Shown here in pieces: positions 9,539 through 18,624 of a stretch of 64,000 nucleotides of DNA. The stretch covers positions 11,841 to 75,840 of the forward strand of contig JABHQR010000012.1 in NCBI GenBank assembly GCA_018696395.1. Direction: 5' to 3'. Positions within the stretch are counted from its first letter, which is position 1, and the number at the start of each line of letters is the position of its first letter. The DNA comes from an archaeon (GTDB lineage: Archaea > Nanobdellota > Nanobdellia > Woesearchaeales > GW2011-AR9). A program made the position numbers and the translations under genes. Under the pieces are notes generated by a model. It was not told the DNA's origin and did not search any database. It was given only the letters and a program-made list of their open reading frames with translations.

Positions 9539-9643
9539 ATAGAAGTAAAATTCATAAAAGTTTATATATATTATGGGTGGATAAGTGAAATTAAGTTAAA
9601 TTTAAGCTAAAAATATTAATTAATAAGGGGTTTTTGAGGAAAA

Positions 9644-11077
9644 ATGGAAATGAATACAAACGAAGAAGTGCAATTTAAAGATTATAAGGTTAAGGATATT
9701 TCTTTGGCTGAATGGGGAAGAAAAGAAATTCTTATCGCAGAAAAAGAAATGCCTGGTTTGATGGCAATTCGTGAAAAATTTAAATGTCAAAAACCTTTAC
9801 AAGGTACAAGAATTATGGGTTCTTTACATATGACAATTCAAACTGCAGTTTTGATCGAAACTTTGGTTGAATTAGGTGCTCAAGTAAGATGGGCATCATG
9901 TAATATTTTTTCAACTCAAGACCATGCAGCAGCAGCAATTGCTAAAACAGGAGTTCCGGTGTTTGCTTGGAAAGGTGAAACTTTGAAAGAATATTGGTGG
10001 TGTGCAGATAAAGCTTTAGATTTTGGTAATGGTTTGGGTCCAAACTTAATTGTTGATGATGGTGGTGATGCAACTTTGATGATTCATAAAGGTGTTGATA
10101 TTGAAAAAGACCCCTCTTTATTAGAACAGGATTATAGTGGTGAAGGGGAAGATTTTAGGGAGTTAATGGTTTGTTTAAAAAATCTTTATTCGTCCAACAA
10201 AGATAGATGGACTAAAATTGCTAATGAAATAAAAGGAGTTTCTGAAGAAACTACTACTGGTGTACATAGGCTGTACCAGATGATGAAAGAGGGAAAGTTA
10301 TTATTTCCTGCAATTAATGTTAATGATTCTGTAACTAAATCTAAATTTGACAATTTGTATGGTTGTCGAGAATCTTTAGTTGATGGTATTAAACGAGCAA
10401 CTGATGTTATGCTGGCTGGTAAGGTTGCAATTGTGGCTGGTTATGGTGATGTGGGTAAAGGTTGTGCTCAATCTTTGAAAGGATATGGTTGTCGAGTAAT
10501 TGTAACTGAGATAGATCCTATTAATGCATTACAAGCAGTTATGGAAGGATTTGAAGTTAAGAAAATGGTTGATGCAGTTAAGGAAGGTGATGTGTTCGTA
10601 ACCACTACTGGAAATTATAATATTATCACCGCAGAAGATTTCTTAGCAATGAAAGATCAAGCAATTGTATGTAACATTGGTCATTTTGATAATGAAATTG
10701 ATATGGCTTGGCTGAATGAACAGTCTGGTGCAACAAGGGATCAAATCAAACCACAATATGATAAATACACTTTCCCTGGTGGAAAAGAGATTTATGTTTT
10801 AGCAGAAGGTAGGCTTGTAAATTTAGGTTGTGCAACTGGCCATCCTAGTTTTGTAATGAGTGCAAGTTTCACTAACCAAGTTTTGGCTCAGATTGAGTTA
10901 TGGAAAAAGAATTATGAACTTGGTGTTTATATGTTACCAAAAATACTTGATGAAGAAGTTGCAAGATTACATTTAAGTAAATTAGGTGTTGAGATTGATG
11001 TTTTAACAGATAAGCAAGCTAAGTATTTAGATATTAATAAAGAAGGGCCTTACAAACCAGAACATTACCGGTATTAA
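9644..11077 (+). CDS. ahcY: S-adenosyl-L-homocysteine hydrolase
   Basis: 477 aa. NAD-binding [38 protein letters not shown] and the C-terminal [14 protein letters not shown], both classic SAHH. Confidence 0.9.
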   Translation: MEMNTNEEVQFKDYKVKDISLAEWGRKEILIAEKEMPGLMAIREKFKCQKPLQGTRIMGSLHMTIQTAVLIETLVELGAQVRWASCNIFSTQDHAAAAIAKTGVPVFAWKGETLKEYWWCADKALDFGNGLGPNLIVDDGGDATLMIHKGVDIEKDPSLLEQDYSGEGEDFRELMVCLKNLYSSNKDRWTKIANEIKGVSEETTTGVHRLYQMMKEGKLLFPAINVNDSVTKSKFDNLYGCRESLVDGIKRATDVMLAGKVAIVAGYGDVGKGCAQSLKGYGCRVIVTEIDPINALQAVMEGFEVKKMVDAVKEGDVFVTTTGNYNIITAEDFLAMKDQAIVCNIGHFDNEIDMAWLNEQSGATRDQIKPQYDKYTFPGGKEIYVLAEGRLVNLGCATGHPSFVMSASFTNQVLAQIELWKKNYELGVYMLPKILDEEVARLHLSKLGVEIDVLTDKQAKYLDINKEGPYKPEHYRY

Positions 11078-11136
11078 AGTTTGTTTTTTTAATTATATTA
11101 ATTTTTATTTTTACATTTTTTTAAAAAGAGATTTAG

Positions 11137-11598
11137 TTGTTGGGGGTTAAAATGGACATTGTTGAAATGTTATATAAAAAAGCTGATCAAATATCAATTG
11201 ATGCATCTATAAAAGTTCAATTTATTAAAAATCTTGCAGGAAATATACATTCTATCAGAAAATTAGATGATGAAACTTTAAATTTATTATCAAATAATGA
11301 ACCTATTTTTGGTAAAAAGACAGGTTATTTGATTTTTTCTGCAAGGAGTGATATTTTGGATGTAGCGGAACATTATAGTGTAGTTCATAATCTCTCTGAG
11401 TGTGGTGACCCTTTATGTCAAAAAATTATTAATAACCTACATAATGATGAGTCGGTTGGTATTTTTGATATATTAATAAATTCTCCAATACCTTCTCAAA
11501 TGATATTAAGGACAATGCCTGGGGAGGATTATGATTCTTATCTTAACGGTGAAAAATCAATAACTGGTCCCGGAACAAAAGAATATTTTTTAAAATAA
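11137..11598 (+). CDS. hypothetical protein
   Basis: 153-aa ORF with an SD-like GGGGGT upstream. No family recognised. Confidence 0.4.
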   Translation: MLGVKMDIVEMLYKKADQISIDASIKVQFIKNLAGNIHSIRKLDDETLNLLSNNEPIFGKKTGYLIFSARSDILDVAEHYSVVHNLSECGDPLCQKIINNLHNDESVGIFDILINSPIPSQMILRTMPGEDYDSYLNGEKSITGPGTKEYFLK

Positions 11599-11632
11599 AT
11601 TTTAACTAATTGCAAAAAAAGAGGTATGATAA

Positions 11633-12715
11633 ATGGAAACAGAACAAGAAAATAATATCCCAGAAAATCAAGAGATCAAAAAAGAATTAACTTCAATGCA
11701 AATCACTGAAGAAATTGTTTCTGAATTGATTAAACCTAATGCTTATAATCATGAAATTAATATGCCTGTAAAAGTTATCAGAACTGCAGTATCAATAGTA
11801 TTTCTTACCGGTAGTTATGCTTACAAGATTTGTAAACCAGTAAATTTTGGATATTTAGATTTTTCTACTTTAGAGAAAAGAAAAAAATCTTGCACTGATG
11901 AATTAGAATTAAACAAATTAATTTCTCCTGAATTATATGTAAATATAATTACAATTAATAAGGCTGAAAATGGTGAATTATTTGTCAATGGTGAAGGAGA
12001 AATTGTTGAATATGCAATCAAGATGAAACAGGTGGATAATAATCAAATAATGTCCAGCTTGTTAAGTAAAGATGAAGTTACTTCTGAACATGTTAAAAAA
12101 TTAGCAAATATTATTTACGATTATCATAAAGTTGCTAAAACTAGCCCAGAAATTTCTGAATATGGTTCTTTGAGTGGTGTAAAACTAAACTGTGATGAAA
12201 ATTTTGAACAAACTGATAAATATAAAGAAAAAATTATTAGTTATGAAGATTTCAATGTTATCAAAGAAAAAGTTAACAAATTTATTTCTGAAAATAAAGA
12301 ACTGTTTGAAAAAAGAGTTATTGAAAATAAAATCAAACATTGTCATGGTGATTTTCATTCGGGAAATGTATTTATTGTAAATGGTGAACCAATCATTTTT
12401 GATGCAATTGTGTTCAATAAAAGATTTCCTTGCTCAGACATTATTGCGGAAATTGCTTTCATGGCAATGGACTTAGATTATCATGGTAAACATAACTTGG
12501 CAGAAGAGTTTATTGCAACATATTGTCATTTAAGTCAGGATGAAGATATTTACAAATTGTTAAATTTCTATCTTTCTTATCGTGCTTATGTTAGGGGTAA
12601 AGTAAATTGTTTCATTTCGGATGATTCTAAACTTGACGAGAACACTAGGAATGATATTCTCTTTGGTGCAAAGAAATATTTTAATTTAGCTAAAAAATAT
12701 GCCGAGAAGTTTTGA
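11633..12715 (+). CDS. aminoglycoside-phosphotransferase-fold (APH/ChoK/MtnK-like) small-molecule kinase
   Basis: Catalytic-loop motif HCHGDFHSGNVFI and downstream DAIVFNKRFPCSDIIAEIAFMAMDLDY (metal-binding D...D). Lies next to SAH hydrolase, so a methylthioribose-kinase-like role is conceivable but unproven. Confidence 0.55.
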   Translation: METEQENNIPENQEIKKELTSMQITEEIVSELIKPNAYNHEINMPVKVIRTAVSIVFLTGSYAYKICKPVNFGYLDFSTLEKRKKSCTDELELNKLISPELYVNIITINKAENGELFVNGEGEIVEYAIKMKQVDNNQIMSSLLSKDEVTSEHVKKLANIIYDYHKVAKTSPEISEYGSLSGVKLNCDENFEQTDKYKEKIISYEDFNVIKEKVNKFISENKELFEKRVIENKIKHCHGDFHSGNVFIVNGEPIIFDAIVFNKRFPCSDIIAEIAFMAMDLDYHGKHNLAEEFIATYCHLSQDEDIYKLLNFYLSYRAYVRGKVNCFISDDSKLDENTRNDILFGAKKYFNLAKKYAEKF

Positions 12716-12728
12716 ATTATTATGTTCT

Positions 12729-13547
12729 TTATTTTTTTGTAAATATATATCTGCGTGTCATTCCCATTGAGAATGGGGCGTAGAATAATTTATCTTGTTC
12801 AGAAAAAATACAAGTGTAGTTTCTTTTTTTCATTTCTTCATTTAATTCATTATTGTCTTCAGATGGATTTATAATAATAATTGAACAAAAATTCAATTCT
12901 TCATTAAAATATCTTGTTTCTAAAAAATCAGTAACACTATGGCCCCCCTTTATAATTAAGGTATAATCATCTTTATTAAAGTCATTATCTTGTCGAGTTA
13001 TATTTGCGTCTCCATTTATTATTTGAATTTTTTGCTTATAATTATCACTTAAAATTTCTGCTTTATGCAAAGTTGAAAATATTTTATTAATTTTTTCTTC
13101 TTGATAACTACAACTTCCCCACCACATATTTTTAACAAAATCTTGATTATAACTAATATCCTCAAAAATAATTTCATCAAAGATCTTTGTCCAGTAAAAA
13201 TCTGTTCCTGCAAAAGGATAATAAGCTTTCTTTTGGCATTTTTCAGGTAAATTTAATTTAATTTTTTCTAATTGTTCTGATAAATATTTCATAGCCGGGA
13301 ATCCTTCTTGGGTTTCAAGTTTTTCTAGTTGGCTATAAGCAGATAAATATTTTTTCCAAGAAGGTAAATCACGCCATTGAATTGCTACATATTCATCCAC
13401 TTCACCTTTTTTGACCATAGAAATAAGAGCAAAAAAGCCATTAATTGGGTGTTTAACACACCATCTCAATGCTTCAATTTGGGATTTTTTGTGAGCTGAT
13501 TGAATAATCTCTTCTAATGCAATTCTTTTATCTGATTTTTTAAACAT
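12729..13547 (-). CDS. hypothetical protein, last gene of the HIT-DHH gene string
   Basis: 272-aa ORF, 8 nt downstream of the DHH gene on the same strand. No known motif. Confidence 0.45.
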   Translation of the reverse strand: MFKKSDKRIALEEIIQSAHKKSQIEALRWCVKHPINGFFALISMVKKGEVDEYVAIQWRDLPSWKKYLSAYSQLEKLETQEGFPAMKYLSEQLEKIKLNLPEKCQKKAYYPFAGTDFYWTKIFDEIIFEDISYNQDFVKNMWWGSCSYQEEKINKIFSTLHKAEILSDNYKQKIQIINGDANITRQDNDFNKDDYTLIIKGGHSVTDFLETRYFNEELNFCSIIIINPSEDNNELNEEMKKRNYTCIFSEQDKLFYAPFSMGMTRRYIFTKK

Positions 13548-13555
13548 ATTAATAC

Positions 13556-14599
13556 CTACTTTTTAATAATGTGCTTTCTGACTTTTTCAATAAACAATTC
13601 TTTCTCTTGTTGATAATTCTCTAAATTAGTATCTTGACTTGTGGGGAATCCTCCAAAATCGACTCTTCCTCCTCCATTTTGTGAACTAAGAAAATTTAGT
13701 ATATCAAATTTTTCTTGATCTCCTTTATACAATAACCATATATTATTTACTGGTTTTCCAAAAACTAAAACGTAAATGTCTTGATTTTTGTCCCCTGTTA
13801 AATTAGTCATATTTCTTATGGTTGTTTTTTGAGGAAGAATGGGATCTGCATAACTTACTAATATTTTTAATCCTTGTGCTTGATACTGTTCTAAATTTTG
13901 TTCAATATATTGTAATGCTTTTTTTTCTTTTAGTTGATATGACTCCAAAGACATTACTAAATCTCTTGATATTTTTTCATCAATAAACCAACTTTCTTTT
14001 TTACCTAACTTTTTTGCAAGTATCTCTAATGAATTATTGTCCATATTACTATTGTGTAAAGATATAATTTTAGTTAATTGTTGGGAAATTAACTGGTCTT
14101 TTTCTGTTGCTTTTGTTTTTTTATAATCATCAATCTGTGCTAAGTGACTTAACCAATTAGCATAATCATTTCCATGTAAAAAATGTTGATAAACTAATCT
14201 TGATGTGCATAATTCTTCTCCATTATCATCTATTAAATTAGTTCCAAATGTAACCACTTTTTCTTTTAAATTTAATGTTCTTTGGTGGTGATCAATCCAT
14301 GTTGAGCTTATTGGTTGTTCCAATAACTTTCTTATTACTCTTTCGCCTTCTTTGTTTCTATGGTTATAAATCAAATCACTAAGGGCTAAATCCAATATAT
14401 AGGTATGCTTAGAATTGAGGTTTGGTTGATCACTAATTTGTTCTAATAAATTTAATTTATTATCGTGGGTAAAAAATAAAATTTCTCTATCTTGGTCTTC
14501 CAATTGTTTTAACATCAATGCACCAGAAACAATGCCATCTATATCTTCCCCGTGTGTTATGATTATGGATTTTTTAGGTTGAATTATTGCTGGCGCCAC
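13556..14599 (-). CDS. DHH-superfamily phosphoesterase (NrnA/RecJ-like catalytic core)
   Basis: Motifs ITHGEDIDGIVSGAL (DxD...S) and WIDHHQRT (DHH) read directly. Length 347 aa. Confidence 0.65.
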   Translation of the reverse strand: MAPAIIQPKKSIIITHGEDIDGIVSGALMLKQLEDQDREILFFTHDNKLNLLEQISDQPNLNSKHTYILDLALSDLIYNHRNKEGERVIRKLLEQPISSTWIDHHQRTLNLKEKVVTFGTNLIDDNGEELCTSRLVYQHFLHGNDYANWLSHLAQIDDYKKTKATEKDQLISQQLTKIISLHNSNMDNNSLEILAKKLGKKESWFIDEKISRDLVMSLESYQLKEKKALQYIEQNLEQYQAQGLKILVSYADPILPQKTTIRNMTNLTGDKNQDIYVLVFGKPVNNIWLLYKGDQEKFDILNFLSSQNGGGRVDFGGFPTSQDTNLENYQQEKELFIEKVRKHIIKK

Positions 14600-14659
14600 T
14601 AATTAGTCACTTGCCAGTAACTATTATATAAGCCTTTCTAAGAAAAAGGATGATTTATC

Positions 14660-15742
14660 TTATTTTTTTATTTTTTGAAATCTACCAATAGCTCTTTGAA
14701 TCTCTTCTTCAGCTGTTTTTGGTTTTACAGTTTTAGAATCTGTTTTATTTATGCTAGTTGCATTTTGTATTGCAATTGGGGTTTGTACTTTAGGTTCAGA
14801 TTTAACACTTTCCTTCTTCTCTTCAAATTTAACATTCCAAGTTTTATCTTTAATTTTACTAGCAATACTGTCTAAATCATAATCTGGTTGTTTTGGTTGC
14901 CAATTAATACTTTTCAAATTATCATCTTGTTTTCTTGGTAAAATATGAACACATAATTTTCCTTCTGGATTGTCATCAGATTCTCCTGATTTTAAGATTA
15001 TGTTAGTTCCATGAGCTCCAAGCCCTTCAAATACTGCTGTTGCGGCGAAAGAAGCAACATAAAATAAATGTGAAGCAGATTCAATATCTAATTTTTCAAA
15101 ATATTTTTCTTCTTCTTTACTATAAATTTCAATATGTCCTTCAGCAACACAATTTTCATCAATGACTGCTAATGTTTTTTCATCCTCATAAACAATAGTA
15201 CTGTTTTCTTTAATAGATTTTAAAAAATTTGGTATTTCACCAATTCCTTTATGCCAATTTGCTGGATTTCTACCAAAATGATTTTTCATCATTATTGGTA
15301 AATTGTTTGCTATCATGGATTTACTTTTTTCTGAAGTTTGATGTTTTTTCTTAAACAAAAAATTGAAGAAACCATCTCCTTTTTCTCTCGGTAAAAAATG
15401 TATCAAGAAATGGGGTGCTTGTTGACCTGCAACCCCACCATTAGCAACAAATATGTTCATTCCTGTTGTTACCATTGCTTTTTTGATACTAGTGGTAAGT
15501 TGGGCTGTAATACCAAAGAAATGTTTAAATTCGTTTGCTGGGATGTATGGCATTATTGGATAATGTTCTTTTGGTAAGAATATTGTATGGCCTTTTAAAA
15601 TTGGATTGATATCCAACATGGCCATTGTAACTTTATCTTCATAAACTTTTTTTGGAGGGATCTCTCCTTTAATAATTTTACAGAATACACATTGTTTCTT
15701 TTGCTCTTCCAACTGTGCTTTCATTTCTGGAGTGATATTCAT
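14660..15742 (-). CDS. tandem HINT-like (HIT family) domain protein with Lys-rich C-terminal tail
   Basis: N-terminal CVFCKIIKGEIPPKKVYEDKV...GHTIFLPKEH...IFVANGGVAGQQAPHFLIHFLPR is a classic HINT layout. A second, degenerate HIT-like repeat (AVIDENCVAEGHIEIY...GTNIILKSGES...KLCVHILPRK) follows. The first domain has HxLxH in place of the canonical HxHxH triad. Confidence 0.6.
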   Translation of the reverse strand: MNITPEMKAQLEEQKKQCVFCKIIKGEIPPKKVYEDKVTMAMLDINPILKGHTIFLPKEHYPIMPYIPANEFKHFFGITAQLTTSIKKAMVTTGMNIFVANGGVAGQQAPHFLIHFLPREKGDGFFNFLFKKKHQTSEKSKSMIANNLPIMMKNHFGRNPANWHKGIGEIPNFLKSIKENSTIVYEDEKTLAVIDENCVAEGHIEIYSKEEEKYFEKLDIESASHLFYVASFAATAVFEGLGAHGTNIILKSGESDDNPEGKLCVHILPRKQDDNLKSINWQPKQPDYDLDSIASKIKDKTWNVKFEEKKESVKSEPKVQTPIAIQNATSINKTDSKTVKPKTAEEEIQRAIGRFQKIKK

Positions 15743-15771
15743 TTTAAATATAATTTAGAAAATAAAAAAAA

Positions 15772-16692
15772 TTATTTCTTCTTATGTTTTTCAACTTCTT
15801 TTGTTAAGTTAAGTTTCTTAATAAGTTCCTTATACCTATTCCTAATAGTAACTTCGGTAACTCCAGCGACATCTGCAACTTCACGTTGAGTACGTTTTTC
15901 TCCATGAATTAAACTTGCTACGTACAATGCTGCTGCTGCAATCCCCGTTGGACCTCGGCCAGAAGTTAATTCAACTTTTCTTGCCATCTCCAATATCTCT
16001 ACTGATTTAGATTGGGTTTCTGGACTTAATTTTAAAGCAGATGCAAACCTTGGGATATAATCACTAGGGTTACTTGGTCTGATGCTGATTTCAAGTTCTC
16101 TAGTAATGAATCTGTAAGTTCTTCCAATTTCTTTCTTTTCAATACCTGAAGCTTCTCCCATCTCATCTAATGTTCTTGGAACTTCGTGACGTCTACACGC
16201 GGCGTACAATGCTCCTGCAACTACTGATTCCATACTTCTTCCACGAACAAGTCCCCGTTGTACTGCTAATCTATATATTCTTGCAGCTTCTTCTTCAACT
16301 TGTTTAGGTAATTTTAAGAACGAACTTACTCTTTTAAGTTCTGCTAAAGCAACTTTTAAGTTTCTTTCAATGGCAGTACTAATTCTATATTGCCATTTTC
16401 TTAATCTGAAAAATTTATCTTTGTCTTTCCCACCTAATTTATAATAATCAGATGAACTTCCAATCTCTGTTCCAAGGCCTTGGTCGTATGATGTATGTGA
16501 ACTTGGGGCTCCTGTTCTTCTTTTTGATGGACCTGTGTCATCGTCAAATTCTCTCCATTCTTGTGAGAAGTCAACCATTCGATCTTCAATGACTAGTCCG
16601 CACTCTCTACATACAGTTTCTCCCTTTTCTCGATTATGAAAAATATTTTTACTGCCGCAATCTGGGCATTCTTTAAGCTTTTTCTTTAGCAT
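15772..16692 (-). CDS. tfb: transcription initiation factor IIB (TFB)
   Basis: N-terminal zinc ribbon CPDCGSKNI...CRECGLV, two cyclin-like repeats, 306 aa. Confidence 0.9.
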   Translation of the reverse strand: MLKKKLKECPDCGSKNIFHNREKGETVCRECGLVIEDRMVDFSQEWREFDDDTGPSKRRTGAPSSHTSYDQGLGTEIGSSSDYYKLGGKDKDKFFRLRKWQYRISTAIERNLKVALAELKRVSSFLKLPKQVEEEAARIYRLAVQRGLVRGRSMESVVAGALYAACRRHEVPRTLDEMGEASGIEKKEIGRTYRFITRELEISIRPSNPSDYIPRFASALKLSPETQSKSVEILEMARKVELTSGRGPTGIAAAALYVASLIHGEKRTQREVADVAGVTEVTIRNRYKELIKKLNLTKEVEKHKKK

Positions 16693-16931
16693 TTTAGTAT
16701 ACCTTTGTTTATTATTGGTTTATATCCAGAACCTCTTAATAGTTAAATTTAAATACCTTTAACACTCATCATATATAAATGTTTTGTACATTTACCTTTA
16801 AAACTGGTCTTTTTTAAATAAATTCTAATCAATCTGTAATGTTATGTTGTTTGGGAACAATCAAATAAGAATATGTTCTCTATACAAAACCGCAACCTTT
16901 AAAAATAAGTGTATTTGAATCGCCTGCTACA

Positions 16932-17504
16932 ATGACGAGAATTAAAAAATCAGCTAGACAAAAAGAATTATCAGATGTAATCAGGTCAGAAGTGATTGAA
17001 AGATTCAACCTGCGTGATGTTACTGTTAAGTCTGCTCGTTATGAAATTTCATTCCCTTACTTATTATGTAAAAGTTCGGGTGGTCCAGGTAATGTCCAAC
17101 TTAATTTAGATTTTTATTGTGGACCTGCTTTAAGTCAAAATGGTAGGATTACAAAACGCTATGGTTCTTTAATCTCTTATGATGTTCTTGAAAAACCTAT
17201 TTTTAATCATCCACTGGGTAAAGATGTTTCAAGAAGAGTTTACCTTAATGTTATTGATCCTATGTATGTTAAAATTGGTCCTTCATTTGCTTTAGATTAT
17301 CAAGGTGGAGAAAGAAAAGAACCGACTTTAAAACCTAAAATGACTACCTCTCCTGAAAGGTTTGTTAGTGAAGTTACAAAGTATCTTGATACGATTGGTA
17401 TCCCTCCAAAAGCATTTAGAAGGTGTTTAAAAAATTATTTTCATAGTGTTAACGAAGGAGATTCCACTGAACTGTTTTATCGTGATCAGTTTAATGTGGC
17501 TTGA
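16932..17504 (+). CDS. hypothetical protein
   Basis: 190-aa ORF with no recognisable family. Confidence 0.4.
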   Translation: MTRIKKSARQKELSDVIRSEVIERFNLRDVTVKSARYEISFPYLLCKSSGGPGNVQLNLDFYCGPALSQNGRITKRYGSLISYDVLEKPIFNHPLGKDVSRRVYLNVIDPMYVKIGPSFALDYQGGERKEPTLKPKMTTSPERFVSEVTKYLDTIGIPPKAFRRCLKNYFHSVNEGDSTELFYRDQFNVA

Positions 17505-17589
17505 TTCTTTAATAACCTCTTATTATATTCTGCAATTTCAATTGTATTAACAAAAAGTTTTAAATACACTAAATATTTCTTTTATTATA

Positions 17590-17742
17590 ATGAAATTCAC
17601 AAAAAAAGCTCAATTAGGCATAATTGAAATGAAGTTCTTCTTTTTTGGATTAATATTTGGTTTAATCCTTGGAGTTGTACTTGTTGCTTTAATGAATGCT
17701 GGAGTAATTCCATTTAGTTTGCCTTTCATAAGTTGTGGGTAA
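17590..17742 (+). CDS. possible small single-TM membrane peptide (50 aa)
   Basis: Hand-called: MKFTKKAQLGIIEMKFFFFGLIFGLILGVVLVALMNAGVIPFSLPFISCG. Hydrophobic core only, no other support. Confidence 0.2.
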   Translation: MKFTKKAQLGIIEMKFFFFGLIFGLILGVVLVALMNAGVIPFSLPFISCG

Positions 17743-17906
17743 AACAATTTAAGGTGATGGATTTGTATTTTTTTTCTTTACTATTTTTTCTTTAAAATAT
17801 TAATTTTTAATTATTTTTTTTACCTCAACCAATACTATATTTAGCAGAATAGAAAACAATATAAGAGATTATTGAAACATTTAATTTAATTAAGAGGTGG
17901 TTTTAA

Positions 17907-18455
17907 ATGGACATTGAAAGAATTCAAAAAATTAACAATTTAGCACTTGACTTAATGAGGCAAGGTTTAGCAAAAGATAAGGACGATGCTATCACTCAAG
18001 CAGAAAAAATATTTCGGCATGATCCAGACGATTATAATTCAGTTTCTCGTGATATGCACAGTAATAGTTTACAAGTAAAACAAGGTCAAGAAGAAAGTAA
18101 TGTATCTGAAAATTCTGACAAAGGTAAAGGATCAAAAGAACAATCTGAATTAACACAGGAAAAGATTGAATCTATTCTTGAACGGAACACTAAATATGTA
18201 GTAACAAAATTAAAAGAGTTTAATGATAAGGTTGAAAAATTGGAATCTGAAATGACTAGTTTGAAAATGGAAGTTAATAGGTGTAGGAGTTCAATGACTT
18301 CAATGCAACAAAGACCCGTTCAGCAACAGCAGCCAGTACAACAACCAACTCAACAATCGGCTAAACAAAATTCTAACAGTTCTCATCCAAGATCTGGTGG
18401 TTATGAGGAACAAGATGTTTCAATAGAAAAGTTTTTTTATGCTGGGAGTAAGTAA
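17907..18455 (+). CDS. hypothetical coiled-coil protein with Gln/Pro-rich C-terminal segment
   Basis: 182 aa with a heptad-like region (KLKEFNDKVEKLESEMTSLKMEVNR) and a QQRPVQQQQPVQQPTQQ stretch. SD GAGGTGG upstream. Confidence 0.45.
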   Translation: MDIERIQKINNLALDLMRQGLAKDKDDAITQAEKIFRHDPDDYNSVSRDMHSNSLQVKQGQEESNVSENSDKGKGSKEQSELTQEKIESILERNTKYVVTKLKEFNDKVEKLESEMTSLKMEVNRCRSSMTSMQQRPVQQQQPVQQPTQQSAKQNSNSSHPRSGGYEEQDVSIEKFFYAGSK

Positions 18456-18624
18456 TTTTTTATTTTATTTCTTATTATCTCTTTTATTAACTTAATTATT
18501 TTTCATTATAATAAATCACTTTATATCCCTCACTACCTAAATATTTATATATAAATTTTTTTAGTTATTAACTACTTTACAATTAAAATCGATGTGTTAA
18601 ATATAGCACGTTGGGGGTAGGCAT

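Noticed and set aside
8793-9542. Plus-strand ORFs 8793..9110 and 9342..9542 inside gatD
   Set aside because: They are antisense to GatD, whose asparaginase motifs are unambiguous.
11821-12380. ORFs 11821..12021 (-) and 12192..12380 (+) within the APH-like kinase gene
   Set aside because: They are embedded or overlapping frames of a longer supported ORF, with low-complexity K/I/L composition.
14675-15889. Plus-strand ORFs 14675..14875 and 15692..15889 overlapping the tandem-HIT and TFB genes
   Set aside because: They are antisense to supported genes. The F/L/S-rich translation is typical of AT-rich antisense.
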